This document shows, one piece after another, positions 9,727 through 17,035 of a stretch of DNA of 64,000 nt. Every line of letters starts with the position of its first letter. The first letter of the stretch is position 1. The stretch is taken from NCBI GenBank assembly GCA_964387865.1, contig CAYLXC010000001.1:50597-114596 (forward strand), read 5' to 3'. Origin of the DNA: an uncultured Gammaproteobacteria bacterium. GTDB taxonomy: Bacteria > Patescibacteriota > Microgenomatia > Daviesbacterales > UBA10151. The notes beneath the pieces were generated by a model that saw nothing but the letters and a program-made list of their open reading frames with translations, did no database searches and was not told the origin of the DNA. A program made the translations under genes and the position numbers.

Positions 9727-11079
9727 TTACTTTTTACTTAATCTAACATCCACTCTTTCCATATCCCTTGGAAATAGAGAAGCTTCCCTTATATTGGCAA
9801 GATTAAGAATATGCATAGTTATTCTCTCAAGTCCAAATGAAAAACCACCTTCAGAGGGCATGCCAAATTTAAAAGCCATCAAATACATCTCAAAATTTTT
9901 TGGATCCATGCCATGAGATTTAATTGACTCAACTAGCTGGTCATAGTTATTTATTCTCTGGCTACCACTCATTATCTCCACTCCTCTGAAAAGAAGGTCA
10001 TAGCTTAAAGAATAATTAGGATCTTTTGGATCTGGCATAGTATAAAAAGGTTTTGCAGCAATTGGAAAATGAGTCACTGTGACAAAATCGCTCCTATGTT
10101 TTTCTTTTGCCCAATTACATAAATCAATCTCATCTTGTGGAGTTAAATCTTTTTCATTGCGATTATCTCTCCCGAATTCTTTGAAGATTAATTCCTGCGC
10201 TTCCCTCAGTGTAAGCCTTGGGATCTTACCGTAGGCAACGGCATCCACACCAAACTCATCCAGTATATCTTTACATTTTTCTTCTGCATGTTTAATAGTT
10301 TCAATAGCAACTTTTTCCAAAAGGTCCAAAAGGTCTTCAAATTCAACAAATCCAATCTCACAATCCATTTGGGTGATTTCTGCCAAATGTCTGGTTGTAA
10401 CTGAAGGTTCTGCTCTGTAAGCCTTAGTCACTGTAAATACACGTTCAAAAACAGGAACTAGCATTTGTTTATAAAGCTGGGGACTTTGAGTAAGAAAAGC
10501 TTTGTGTTCAAAATAATCTATTTTAAAAACTTCTGCTCCTCCTTCTGTTGCAGATGCAGCAATTGTGGGAACAACAATTTCAGTACATCTTAATTCTCTT
10601 GCAGATTTTCTAAAACCATCCAGAATTGCCTCTTGAACCTTAAAAATTGCTTTAACCTTTGGATGCCTTAAAGTTAAAGATCTAAAATCCAAAAGGGTTG
10701 GAAGTTGTAAATCTAAATTCTTTCCTCCCATATCAAACGGTAATTCTGATGCTTTTGATAAAACTTGAATACTTTCTGCAGAAATTTCAATTTCACCGGT
10801 TGGGATTTTTTTGTTTACCATATGTGGAGGCCTTTTATTAACCTTTCCTGTTACGGAAACAACATCTTGGGGATGTAGATCCCTCACCTCGAAGGTGGGC
10901 TTTGACTCCTTCGAGGTGAATGTGGTCTGCTGCGATACTACAACTTGAATTAGTCCACTTCGATCCCCTATATCCAAGAACAAAATTTTCCCATGATCAC
11001 GCCTGGTTTGCACCCAGCCATTAATTTTCACATTTTCACCTATTTTGTTATTACAATCTAATATTAATGTCCTATTCAT
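9727..11079 (-). CDS. aspS: class IIb aminoacyl-tRNA synthetase, aspartate--tRNA ligase (archaeal/short type; AsnRS cannot be excluded)
   Basis: N-terminal OB anticodon-binding fold. Motif 2 FRAE...TRHLAE and motif 3 GGFSFGLERI. 450 aa. Carries a 39-nt palindromic in-frame insert (see the repeat at 10885-10923). Confidence 0.8.
   Translation of the reverse strand: MNRTLILDCNNKIGENVKINGWVQTRRDHGKILFLDIGDRSGLIQVVVSQQTTFTSKESKPTFEVRDLHPQDVVSVTGKVNKRPPHMVNKKIPTGEIEISAESIQVLSKASELPFDMGGKNLDLQLPTLLDFRSLTLRHPKVKAIFKVQEAILDGFRKSARELRCTEIVVPTIAASATEGGAEVFKIDYFEHKAFLTQSPQLYKQMLVPVFERVFTVTKAYRAEPSVTTRHLAEITQMDCEIGFVEFEDLLDLLEKVAIETIKHAEEKCKDILDEFGVDAVAYGKIPRLTLREAQELIFKEFGRDNRNEKDLTPQDEIDLCNWAKEKHRSDFVTVTHFPIAAKPFYTMPDPKDPNYSLSYDLLFRGVEIMSGSQRINNYDQLVESIKSHGMDPKNFEMYLMAFKFGMPSEGGFSFGLERITMHILNLANIREASLFPRDMERVDVRLSKK
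10885..10923. repeat. palindromic element family B ('cacctcgaagg-tgggctttgactc-cttcgaggtg') inserted in-frame in aspS
   Basis: Perfect 11-bp inverted repeat around a 13-nt loop. A near-identical copy lies in cca (15823-15861). It encodes ...TSKESKPTFEVRD... in the aspS frame. Confidence 0.75.
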
Positions 11080-11124
11080 TACTTAAAAACTAGATGAATG
11101 CATAATAGCAGTTTAAATCCAATC

Positions 11125-11153
11125 TTGACAAGGATTGAATTAGCTGATATATT
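11125..11153 (+). promoter_or_regulatory. sigma70-like promoter (TTGACA - 17 nt - TATATT)
   Basis: Consensus -35 hexamer at 11125-11130 and -10 hexamer at 11148-11153. An ATG follows 7 nt downstream. Confidence 0.5.
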
Positions 11154-11160
11154 ATCTTTT

Positions 11161-11208
11161 ATGCAAAACCTAAGAAGATATTTTAATTTCTTCTTTACCT
11201 TCGCTTAA
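11161..11208 (+). CDS. putative 15-aa Phe-rich leader peptide MQNLRRYFNFFFTFA
   Basis: Near-leaderless ORF directly after the promoter. Its stop codon sits at the base of hairpin A. The composition (FNFFFTF) resembles E. coli pheL ([15 protein letters not shown]). Confidence 0.35.
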   Translation: MQNLRRYFNFFFTFA

Positions 11209-11277
11209 ACGGAGGTTGGTTTTTGTGTAAAAAAACCAACATAACTTAACCTCCGTTTATAAGTGGAGGTTTTTTTT
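11207..11277 (+). promoter_or_regulatory. attenuator-like leader unit 1: hairpin A (aaacggaggtt...aacctccgttt) and alternative terminator B (acctcc..ggaggt + T8) whose 3' arm is the SD for the ATG at 11278
   Basis: Direct reading: 'ggaggt' (11211-11216), 'acctcc' (11249-11254), 'ggaggt' (11265-11270), 'tttttttt', then ATG. Confidence 0.5.
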
Positions 11278-11520
11278 ATGGAGAAAAGAAAGGAAGGTGA
11301 AAAAATGGTAGAAAGAATAATTGTAAAACCCGAATATCCCGAACAAAAAGGTATTACTCGGGCTTTAGCTGATCTTGATCGAATTCAAGTAGATATTAGA
11401 GGAAGAATGATTGGTTCAGAGCCAGTCGCACAGACAGGATCATCAAGTTTACAAACTAGAGTAAAAATATCACTAGAATATCCAGATCCTACTGAACGAA
11501 AACCATATTTCGTTCGCTAA
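11278..11520 (+). CDS. hypothetical small protein (80 aa from ATG 11278; table ORF starts at GTG 11263)
   Basis: SD GGAGGT lies 8 nt upstream of ATG 11278. The product has no recognised motif. Confidence 0.45.
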   Translation: MEKRKEGEKMVERIIVKPEYPEQKGITRALADLDRIQVDIRGRMIGSEPVAQTGSSSLQTRVKISLEYPDPTERKPYFVR

Positions 11521-11522
11521 AC

Positions 11523-11552
11523 TTGACAAAATACATAAACTGCCCTTATAAT
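11523..11552 (+). promoter_or_regulatory. sigma70-like promoter (TTGACA - 18 nt - TATAAT)
   Basis: Consensus hexamers at 11523-11528 and 11547-11552. An ATG follows 11 nt downstream. Confidence 0.5.
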
Positions 11553-11563
11553 TTAAATAGTCT

Positions 11564-11668
11564 ATGTCAAAAGTTGAAGTAATTGATTTAAGAAAAGTAG
11601 AAGTTATTCTTGGCCTCCTTATTTTAGTGCTCGTTACGGGCACTTTTTTGGGAGGTCTTTTTAGGTAA
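11564..11668 (+). CDS. putative 34-aa Leu/Val/Ile-rich leader peptide MSKVEVIDLRKVEVILGLLILVLVTGTFLGGLFR
   Basis: It starts right after the promoter. Its last codons (gggaggtcttttt) form the 5' arm of hairpin A of unit 2. Branched-chain residues (L8, V6, I3) are enriched, as in leu/ilv leader peptides. Confidence 0.35.
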   Translation: MSKVEVIDLRKVEVILGLLILVLVTGTFLGGLFR

Positions 11669-11720
11669 AAAATAACCTAAAAAAGAAAGTAATCAGACCT
11701 CCCTAACGGGAGGTTTTTTA
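11650..11720 (+). promoter_or_regulatory. attenuator-like leader unit 2: hairpin A (gggaggtct...agacctccc) and terminator B (cctccc-taac-gggagg + T6) that contains the SD of the next gene
   Basis: Direct reading of the sequence. Terminator B is a 6-bp GC stem with a 4-nt loop and a U6 tract, immediately followed by start codon TTG 11721. Confidence 0.5.
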
Positions 11721-12011
11721 TTGGGAAAAAATATGAGTGAAAGATTTAGACCAGATACAATACATAGAAGGGCCTATAAAATAGCCTCAGAAACCTTTGC
11801 GAATGTCGAAAGTTTAACTGATGAACAAGTAGGAGTAGTAGAAAATGACAGAAGAGGTAGAAGAAGAATGATCCATTCATTACAGCAAAGTCTGAAGGAA
11901 ACTTCAGGAGAAGAACGAAGACGGTTACTTGAGCAGTTACATGATCTGGAATCGCATCAATTCGCATCAAGATATGCAATCGAAAAACGTTCAGGTAAAA
12001 GATTTTTTTAA
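11721..12011 (+). CDS. hypothetical small basic protein (96 aa, Arg-rich)
   Basis: The ORF follows SD GGGAGGT at optimal spacing from start TTG 11721. No recognised domain. Confidence 0.45.
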   Translation: MGKNMSERFRPDTIHRRAYKIASETFANVESLTDEQVGVVENDRRGRRRMIHSLQQSLKETSGEERRRLLEQLHDLESHQFASRYAIEKRSGKRFF

Positions 12012-12041
12012 TATAACGAAAGAAAGGGGGTGTTTAAATTT

Positions 12042-12248
12042 ATGACAGAACGTGGAGAAATACCTGTTGAACAGCGTGGAATCTTGAATTCAACCATGGA
12101 GCCAGGAGATGTGGCATTCGGGACATTGGATATATACTACAATCCCGGCCCTGACAAAAGCGTGCCAAATTCAGAAGATGGAAATGGAACTGTACGTGAT
12201 CCTGAACCAGTAGAAGTAGTCACAGATATACGCGGTGTACCTTTTTAA
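12042..12248 (+). CDS. hypothetical small protein (68 aa from ATG 12042; table ORF starts at 12030)
   Basis: SD AAGGGGGTG lies 7 nt upstream of ATG 12042. Confidence 0.35.
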   Translation: MTERGEIPVEQRGILNSTMEPGDVAFGTLDIYYNPGPDKSVPNSEDGNGTVRDPEPVEVVTDIRGVPF

Positions 12249-12291
12249 TTCTAAAAACGACCTATTGCACAGAAAAATCAATTACGGTAGC

Positions 12292-12378
12292 ATGTATTCC
12301 ATATGCATACTAAAGCTGAAATTATTATTGGAATTATTATTACTTCTAAAAAGGGAGGTTGTTTGGCGTAAGTCTTAA
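12292..12378 (+). CDS. putative 28-aa Leu-rich leader peptide MYSICILKLKLLLELLLLLKREVVWRKS
   Basis: Ten Leu including LLLELLLLL. The ORF ends inside the 5' arm of hairpin A of unit 3. It is preceded by a weak TTGCAC-17-TAGCAT promoter-like pair. Confidence 0.4.
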   Translation: MYSICILKLKLLLELLLLLKREVVWRKS

Positions 12379-12431
12379 AAAAAGATTCCGCAACAAACCT
12401 CCTGAAAGGGAGGTTTTTTAATGAGAAAAAT
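12348..12431 (+). promoter_or_regulatory. attenuator-like leader unit 3 upstream of the cimA/leuA-family gene: hairpin A (gggaggttgtttggcg...cgcaacaaacctcc), terminator B (acctcc-tgaaag-ggaggt + T6), and an 8-codon uORF (ATG 12421, MRKIWQKL) overlapping the cimA start
   Basis: Direct reading of the sequence. SD GGGAGGT (12408-12414) is optimally spaced for ATG 12421. The cimA ATG at 12432 is in another frame. Confidence 0.5.
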
Positions 12432-14003
12432 ATGGCAGAAACTTTAAAAATAGTACCTTACGATACAACGTTAAGAGATGGTGCTCAGGATGCAAGGGCT
12501 AGACTCTCTGTAAAGAAGAAACTAAAAATTGCTCAAAGATTGGACCAACTTAGGTTCCCCTTTATAGAAGGTGGTTGGCCTGGGGCAAATGAAATTGATA
12601 CAGAATTTTTTAGACAAGCAAGAGGTATGTTTGAGAATAGCCAGTTTGTTGCGTTCGGAATGACCGCAAGAATCGGTGGCAGACCTGAAAACGACGATGG
12701 GCTAAATGCACTTCTTGAGTCTGGAACAAATTTCATCACTATTTTCGGAAAAACATGGGAGACTCATGTCCAAAATGCGTTAAGAGCACCCAGCTATAAG
12801 AACTTGGATACTATTTTCGAAAGTGTTCGCTTTCTAAAAGCTGAAGGACGAGAGGTAATATTTGATGCAGAACACTGGTTTAGTGGTTATAGAGAAAATC
12901 CAGATTATGCTCTTGAATGTTTAGAAGCAGCAGAAGCTGCTGGTGCCAGAACACTAGTTCTTTGTGATACCAATGGAGGCAGTAATCATAGATTTGTAGA
13001 AAGTGGGGTTAAAGCAGCGAGAAGTAGATTTCCAGATACAGAGTTGGGGATCCATGTACATAACGACAGTGCTCTAGCGGTTATTAACACAATCGTTGCA
13101 GTAGAAGCAGGAGTAATACAGGTTCAAGGGACTATTAACGGCTCCGGAGAAAGGGCAGGAAATGTGGATCTGTGCCAAGTATTGCCAACAGCAGAATTTA
13201 AATATGAAATACCTAGCGGTATAGATTTGAGAACTTTAACTAAAGCATCTCGCTTTGTTGAAAGTATAAACGAGATACCTGTACCGGATAATACTCCATA
13301 TGTTGGCAGAAATGCGTTTGCCCACAAGGGAGGAGTACATCAATCCGGCCAGAGGCGAGCTGATAAAAGGCAAGCGAGTGATGAGGCGGCATATGAACAT
13401 ATAGAACCAGCTTTAGTAGGAAATAAGAGAATTTATATTATGTCAGAACAAGGCGGGTCGACAAATATAGAGATTATGGCAGAAAAGCATGGATTTCAAG
13501 TTGACAGAACTGATCCATTATTTACCTTACTCGTTGAAAAAATGAAGCAAAAAGGTATTTTTGGAGATGCACAGGAGTATCTCCTGCTCTATGAAACTTT
13601 AACAAATGAACAAATACCTTTTGATGTTTTAGAAAGCCGTGTTGTAGACGAACGGGGTAGAGATCCTGAAGCTAGCATTAGAGTGCGGGTAAATGGCGAC
13701 ACTCTACATGAAGCTAATTTAGGCAAAGGTCTTATAAATGCTTTTGATAATGCTTTAAGAAAAGCTTTATTACAAAAGTATAAGGAAGTTGCAGACATAA
13801 CACTTGTTCCAGGAAGTTATAGAGTTACACTTCCCATGGGGGATAGTGATTCAGCTGCTGAAGTGGAAGTATACGCTGAGTTTGCCGCAGATGGCCAACA
13901 ATGGAGTTCACGTGTTCGCGGAACGGATCAACAACGTGCCGGAGAAGATACTTTTATCCAGGCTTACCAATATTACATTTTAAGAAGGCGTTCAGGTTTC
14001 TAA
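12432..14003 (+). CDS. cimA: (R)-citramalate synthase / 2-isopropylmalate synthase family protein (DRE-TIM metallolyase with C-terminal LeuA-dimer regulatory domain)
   Basis: N-terminal DTTLRDGAQ hallmark, HxH metal site (IHVHND), 523 aa with a C-terminal regulatory domain typical of CimA/LeuA. Composition is GC-richer than the flanking genes. Confidence 0.8.
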   Translation: MAETLKIVPYDTTLRDGAQDARARLSVKKKLKIAQRLDQLRFPFIEGGWPGANEIDTEFFRQARGMFENSQFVAFGMTARIGGRPENDDGLNALLESGTNFITIFGKTWETHVQNALRAPSYKNLDTIFESVRFLKAEGREVIFDAEHWFSGYRENPDYALECLEAAEAAGARTLVLCDTNGGSNHRFVESGVKAARSRFPDTELGIHVHNDSALAVINTIVAVEAGVIQVQGTINGSGERAGNVDLCQVLPTAEFKYEIPSGIDLRTLTKASRFVESINEIPVPDNTPYVGRNAFAHKGGVHQSGQRRADKRQASDEAAYEHIEPALVGNKRIYIMSEQGGSTNIEIMAEKHGFQVDRTDPLFTLLVEKMKQKGIFGDAQEYLLLYETLTNEQIPFDVLESRVVDERGRDPEASIRVRVNGDTLHEANLGKGLINAFDNALRKALLQKYKEVADITLVPGSYRVTLPMGDSDSAAEVEVYAEFAADGQQWSSRVRGTDQQRAGEDTFIQAYQYYILRRRSGF

Positions 14004-15574
14004 ATCCTAATATCTTTCACCTTAAGCTGTAATTTTTCAAAGCCATTAAAATCATCCAGCTCTAGATTATATGCAATATCTATTTGCCGCCCGTTCTGCA
14101 GCATATTTTCCAGCTCCCCCATGCCAAAGGCGATTGTATCCAGTCCAGAGGTCTTAAATTTTAGATGTTTTCCCTGCCCTACTGTCCTTAAATCCGAAAT
14201 TTGCATCCCGTATGTTGCAAATACAGGTCTTGGATTTCCAAAACCGTGAGGCTCAAACTTTTTTAATTCTTTAACCAAATCCAATTTTAATTTTTCATAG
14301 TCAATTTCCGCATCTATATTTAACACCTTTTCATTCTCTTCCAATTCCAACTTAACTTCCTCCATTCTTTTTTTAAAAATATTTATATGTTTAGTTAAAA
14401 TTGAAAAACCTGCTGCACCCGGATGACCCCCAACATCAACCAAGATATCCGCGTGTTTTCTTATAAGCTCTACTATATTTATTCCATTAATTGACCTTGC
14501 TGACCCTTTTGAAATACTCTCTCCAACAGAAATTGCAATTGCGGGACGATAAAATTCTTCTGTAATCCTTCCGGCAACAAGTCCGATTATCCCTGGTGAC
14601 CAGCTTTTGCTGTATAGAACATGAATCAAGTTCTCCTGAACAATTAACTTTTTTGCCTCCTCTAATGCATTAATTGTCATTTGTTGCCTGGTAGTATTTG
14701 TGTCAGAAAGCAATTTGGAAAGTTTTCTTGCTTTTACTGGATCTTTTGTGCAAAGAAGTCTTAAAGAATCTATTGCATGCTCAAGCCTTCCCATGGCATT
14801 TATTCTTGGCCCCAGAATATGACCTATTTCATATGATGAGATATTGCCAAAACTAAGTCCTGACTCATTCATTAAAGATAAAAGTCCAATATTTGTAGTT
14901 TTATTTAAAATTCTTAACCCCTCCACCGTAAACGCTCTACCCAGACTAACAAGGGGTAATAAATCACAAACAGTTGCTATTGCTGCAAATTGTAATAATT
15001 CATTTGCCAAATCTTTTTTAATAAGTCCACGGATTAAACACCATCCAACAGCTGCCCCGCACATTTTTGTGGAATGCACTATTGCAAATGAATCCGGCTT
15101 TTCATCAAGTGGAATATGATGATCGGTTATTATTAAATCCAACCCCAATTCTTTTGCATATTTCGCCTGCTCTATAGCAGTTATTCCATTATCTACAGTA
15201 ATCACAACAGTAGCTCCGGAATCTCTGGCAAACTCCAAACCCAATCTTGACAACCCATATCCTTCTTTTTCCCTATGAGGAATATAGGGCAATACTTTTG
15301 CGCCTATTGATGTTAAAGCTTTATACAAAATTGCACATCCGCAAATCCCGTCAACATCATAATCCCCAAAAACTATAATCTGTTCATTATTTTCTATAGC
15401 TTCCAGGATTCTTTTTTGTCCCTTTTCAATACCGGGTATTTCTAGATCCTTATCATAATCAGAAAGCTTTGGATGAAGAAATTGATCCTTTTCTATATCA
15501 GTTTTTATACCGCGGTTTATTAGAAGCTGCTCAGCTAAATCATCGCTTTTCTTTGGTAATACTTTCCATTTCAT
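14000..15574 (-). CDS. recJ: single-stranded-DNA-specific exonuclease RecJ (DHH/DHHA1)
   Basis: DHH-family motifs (DYDVDG, ITVDNG, IITDHH) and a C-terminal DHHA1 region with a GG motif. Confidence 0.85.
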   Translation of the reverse strand: MKWKVLPKKSDDLAEQLLINRGIKTDIEKDQFLHPKLSDYDKDLEIPGIEKGQKRILEAIENNEQIIVFGDYDVDGICGCAILYKALTSIGAKVLPYIPHREKEGYGLSRLGLEFARDSGATVVITVDNGITAIEQAKYAKELGLDLIITDHHIPLDEKPDSFAIVHSTKMCGAAVGWCLIRGLIKKDLANELLQFAAIATVCDLLPLVSLGRAFTVEGLRILNKTTNIGLLSLMNESGLSFGNISSYEIGHILGPRINAMGRLEHAIDSLRLLCTKDPVKARKLSKLLSDTNTTRQQMTINALEEAKKLIVQENLIHVLYSKSWSPGIIGLVAGRITEEFYRPAIAISVGESISKGSARSINGINIVELIRKHADILVDVGGHPGAAGFSILTKHINIFKKRMEEVKLELEENEKVLNIDAEIDYEKLKLDLVKELKKFEPHGFGNPRPVFATYGMQISDLRTVGQGKHLKFKTSGLDTIAFGMGELENMLQNGRQIDIAYNLELDDFNGFEKLQLKVKDIRI

Positions 15575-15597
15575 ACTACTCGGGGTAAAATTACATC

Positions 15598-17034
15598 ATG
15601 CATTATACACTACCTAATGAGGTAAAAAATATTTTAGATAAATTTAGAAAATCCGGATACCAAATTTATATTGTTGGAGGGGCAGTACGTGATCTTTTGA
15701 TGGGAAAAGAGATTAAGGACTGGGATTTTACAACAGATGCTAAACCTGAGGAAATCTTGAAAGTAATCCCGGAAGGTTTTTACGATAATAAATTCGGAAC
15801 AGTAGGAGTACCAACAGAGAACACCTCGAAGGTGGGCTCTGACTCCTTCGAGGTGAATGATGAAATCATGGAGATCACAACAATGAGAAAGGAAGGTAAG
15901 TATACTGATTTTCGCCACCCATCCGAAGTTTCCTGGACCAACAAAATTGAGGAAGATTTGGCAAGAAGGGACTTTACCATAAATGCTATGGCTTTGGGAA
16001 TCCCAAGCAAACACCTCCGAGGTGAAGATAATGGTGTAACACCAAGAGAACACCTCGGAGGTGAAATCCTGGAAACTGTGGATCCCTTCAGCGGCCAAAA
16101 TGATATTAAAAACCACCTCATCAGGGCTGTCGGAGACCCAACCAAACGCTTCCAGGAAGATGCTCTTCGTCTTATCAGAGCAATCAGGATTGCAACTGAA
16201 TTGGAATTTGACATAGATAAGGAAACATTTGAAGCCATCAAAAAAAATGCCAATCTTTTAAAAGAAATTGCCTGGGAAAGGATAAGAGATGAACTATTTA
16301 AACTCCTTGCATCCACGAATCCATACATGGGTACCTTGAAACTTAGGGAAGCGGGGATACTGCAAATGATTCTTCCAGAGCTTGAGCGCTGTTTTGGGAT
16401 AGTTCAGGAAGGTCCAAAACATGACAGAACTTATGACATTGGTGAGCACTCACTACTAACTTTAAAACATACCCCATCTTCCGATGCACTGACTAGATTT
16501 GCTGCACTTCTTCATGACATTGGCAAACCGGATACAGTGGAAAAGGCTCAAGATGGGAATGTCACATTTTATCAACATGATGTAGTTGGTGGAAATTTGG
16601 TTTTAAAAATAGCAAAAAGATTAAATTTATCAAGAAAACAAACAGATAAATTATTTAGATTAGTAAGATTCCATATGTTTACAGTTGCAGAGAATCAGAC
16701 GGATTCAGCAATAAGAAGATTTATTAAAAATGTAGGTCTGGAAAATATTGAAGACATGATGGCCTTAAGAGTTGGCGACAGGTTGGGAGGAGGGACACAA
16801 ACGGAAACCTCTTGGAGAATGGAAAAATTCAAAGAAAGAATTAAAGAAGTATTAAAAAAGCCATTTTCACTTTCAGATTTAAAAGTAAATGGTAATGATG
16901 TAATGGAAATTCTAAAGATTAAACCCGGCCCAAAAGTAGGTGAAATCCTCCAAAAACTCTTTGAAGAAGTCTTAGAAGATGCTTCTAAAAATAACAAAGA
17001 ATATTTATTAAAAAGGCTCCAAGAACTTAAATAA
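15598..17034 (+). CDS. cca: CCA-adding tRNA nucleotidyltransferase with C-terminal HD domain
   Basis: PolyA-pol/CCA head (GGAVRDLLMG...DWDFTT, RRDFTINA) and HD motif LLHDIGK. Contains three palindromic repeat inserts (15823-15861, 16023-16035, 16061-16073). Confidence 0.85.
   Translation: MHYTLPNEVKNILDKFRKSGYQIYIVGGAVRDLLMGKEIKDWDFTTDAKPEEILKVIPEGFYDNKFGTVGVPTENTSKVGSDSFEVNDEIMEITTMRKEGKYTDFRHPSEVSWTNKIEEDLARRDFTINAMALGIPSKHLRGEDNGVTPREHLGGEILETVDPFSGQNDIKNHLIRAVGDPTKRFQEDALRLIRAIRIATELEFDIDKETFEAIKKNANLLKEIAWERIRDELFKLLASTNPYMGTLKLREAGILQMILPELERCFGIVQEGPKHDRTYDIGEHSLLTLKHTPSSDALTRFAALLHDIGKPDTVEKAQDGNVTFYQHDVVGGNLVLKIAKRLNLSRKQTDKLFRLVRFHMFTVAENQTDSAIRRFIKNVGLENIEDMMALRVGDRLGGGTQTETSWRMEKFKERIKEVLKKPFSLSDLKVNGNDVMEILKIKPGPKVGEILQKLFEEVLEDASKNNKEYLLKRLQELK
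15823..15861. repeat. palindromic element family B copy ('cacctcgaagg-tgggctctgactc-cttcgaggtg') inserted in-frame in cca
   Basis: It differs from the aspS copy by one nucleotide in the loop. It encodes ENTSKVGSDSFEVND. Confidence 0.75.
16023..16073. repeat. two short palindromes, 'cacctccgaggtg' and 'cacctcggaggtg', which are reverse complements of each other, in-frame in cca
   Basis: Both are preceded by 'gaacacctc' and related to family B. They encode the cca-specific insertion ...KHLRGEDNGVTPREHLGGE... Confidence 0.6.
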
Positions 17035-17035
17035 T

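Noticed and set aside
11263-11277. Table start (GTG 11263) for the 85-aa ORF, which would translate the SD and T-tract as MEVFF
   Set aside because: ATG 11278 with GGAGGT 8 nt upstream is the more plausible start. The upstream codons are the regulatory SD and U-tract.
15634-16328. Two long minus-strand ORFs (160 and 182 aa) antisense to cca
   Set aside because: They lie entirely within the well-supported cca gene. Their length is explained by the palindromic or low-complexity repeat inserts, and there are no motifs or SD.
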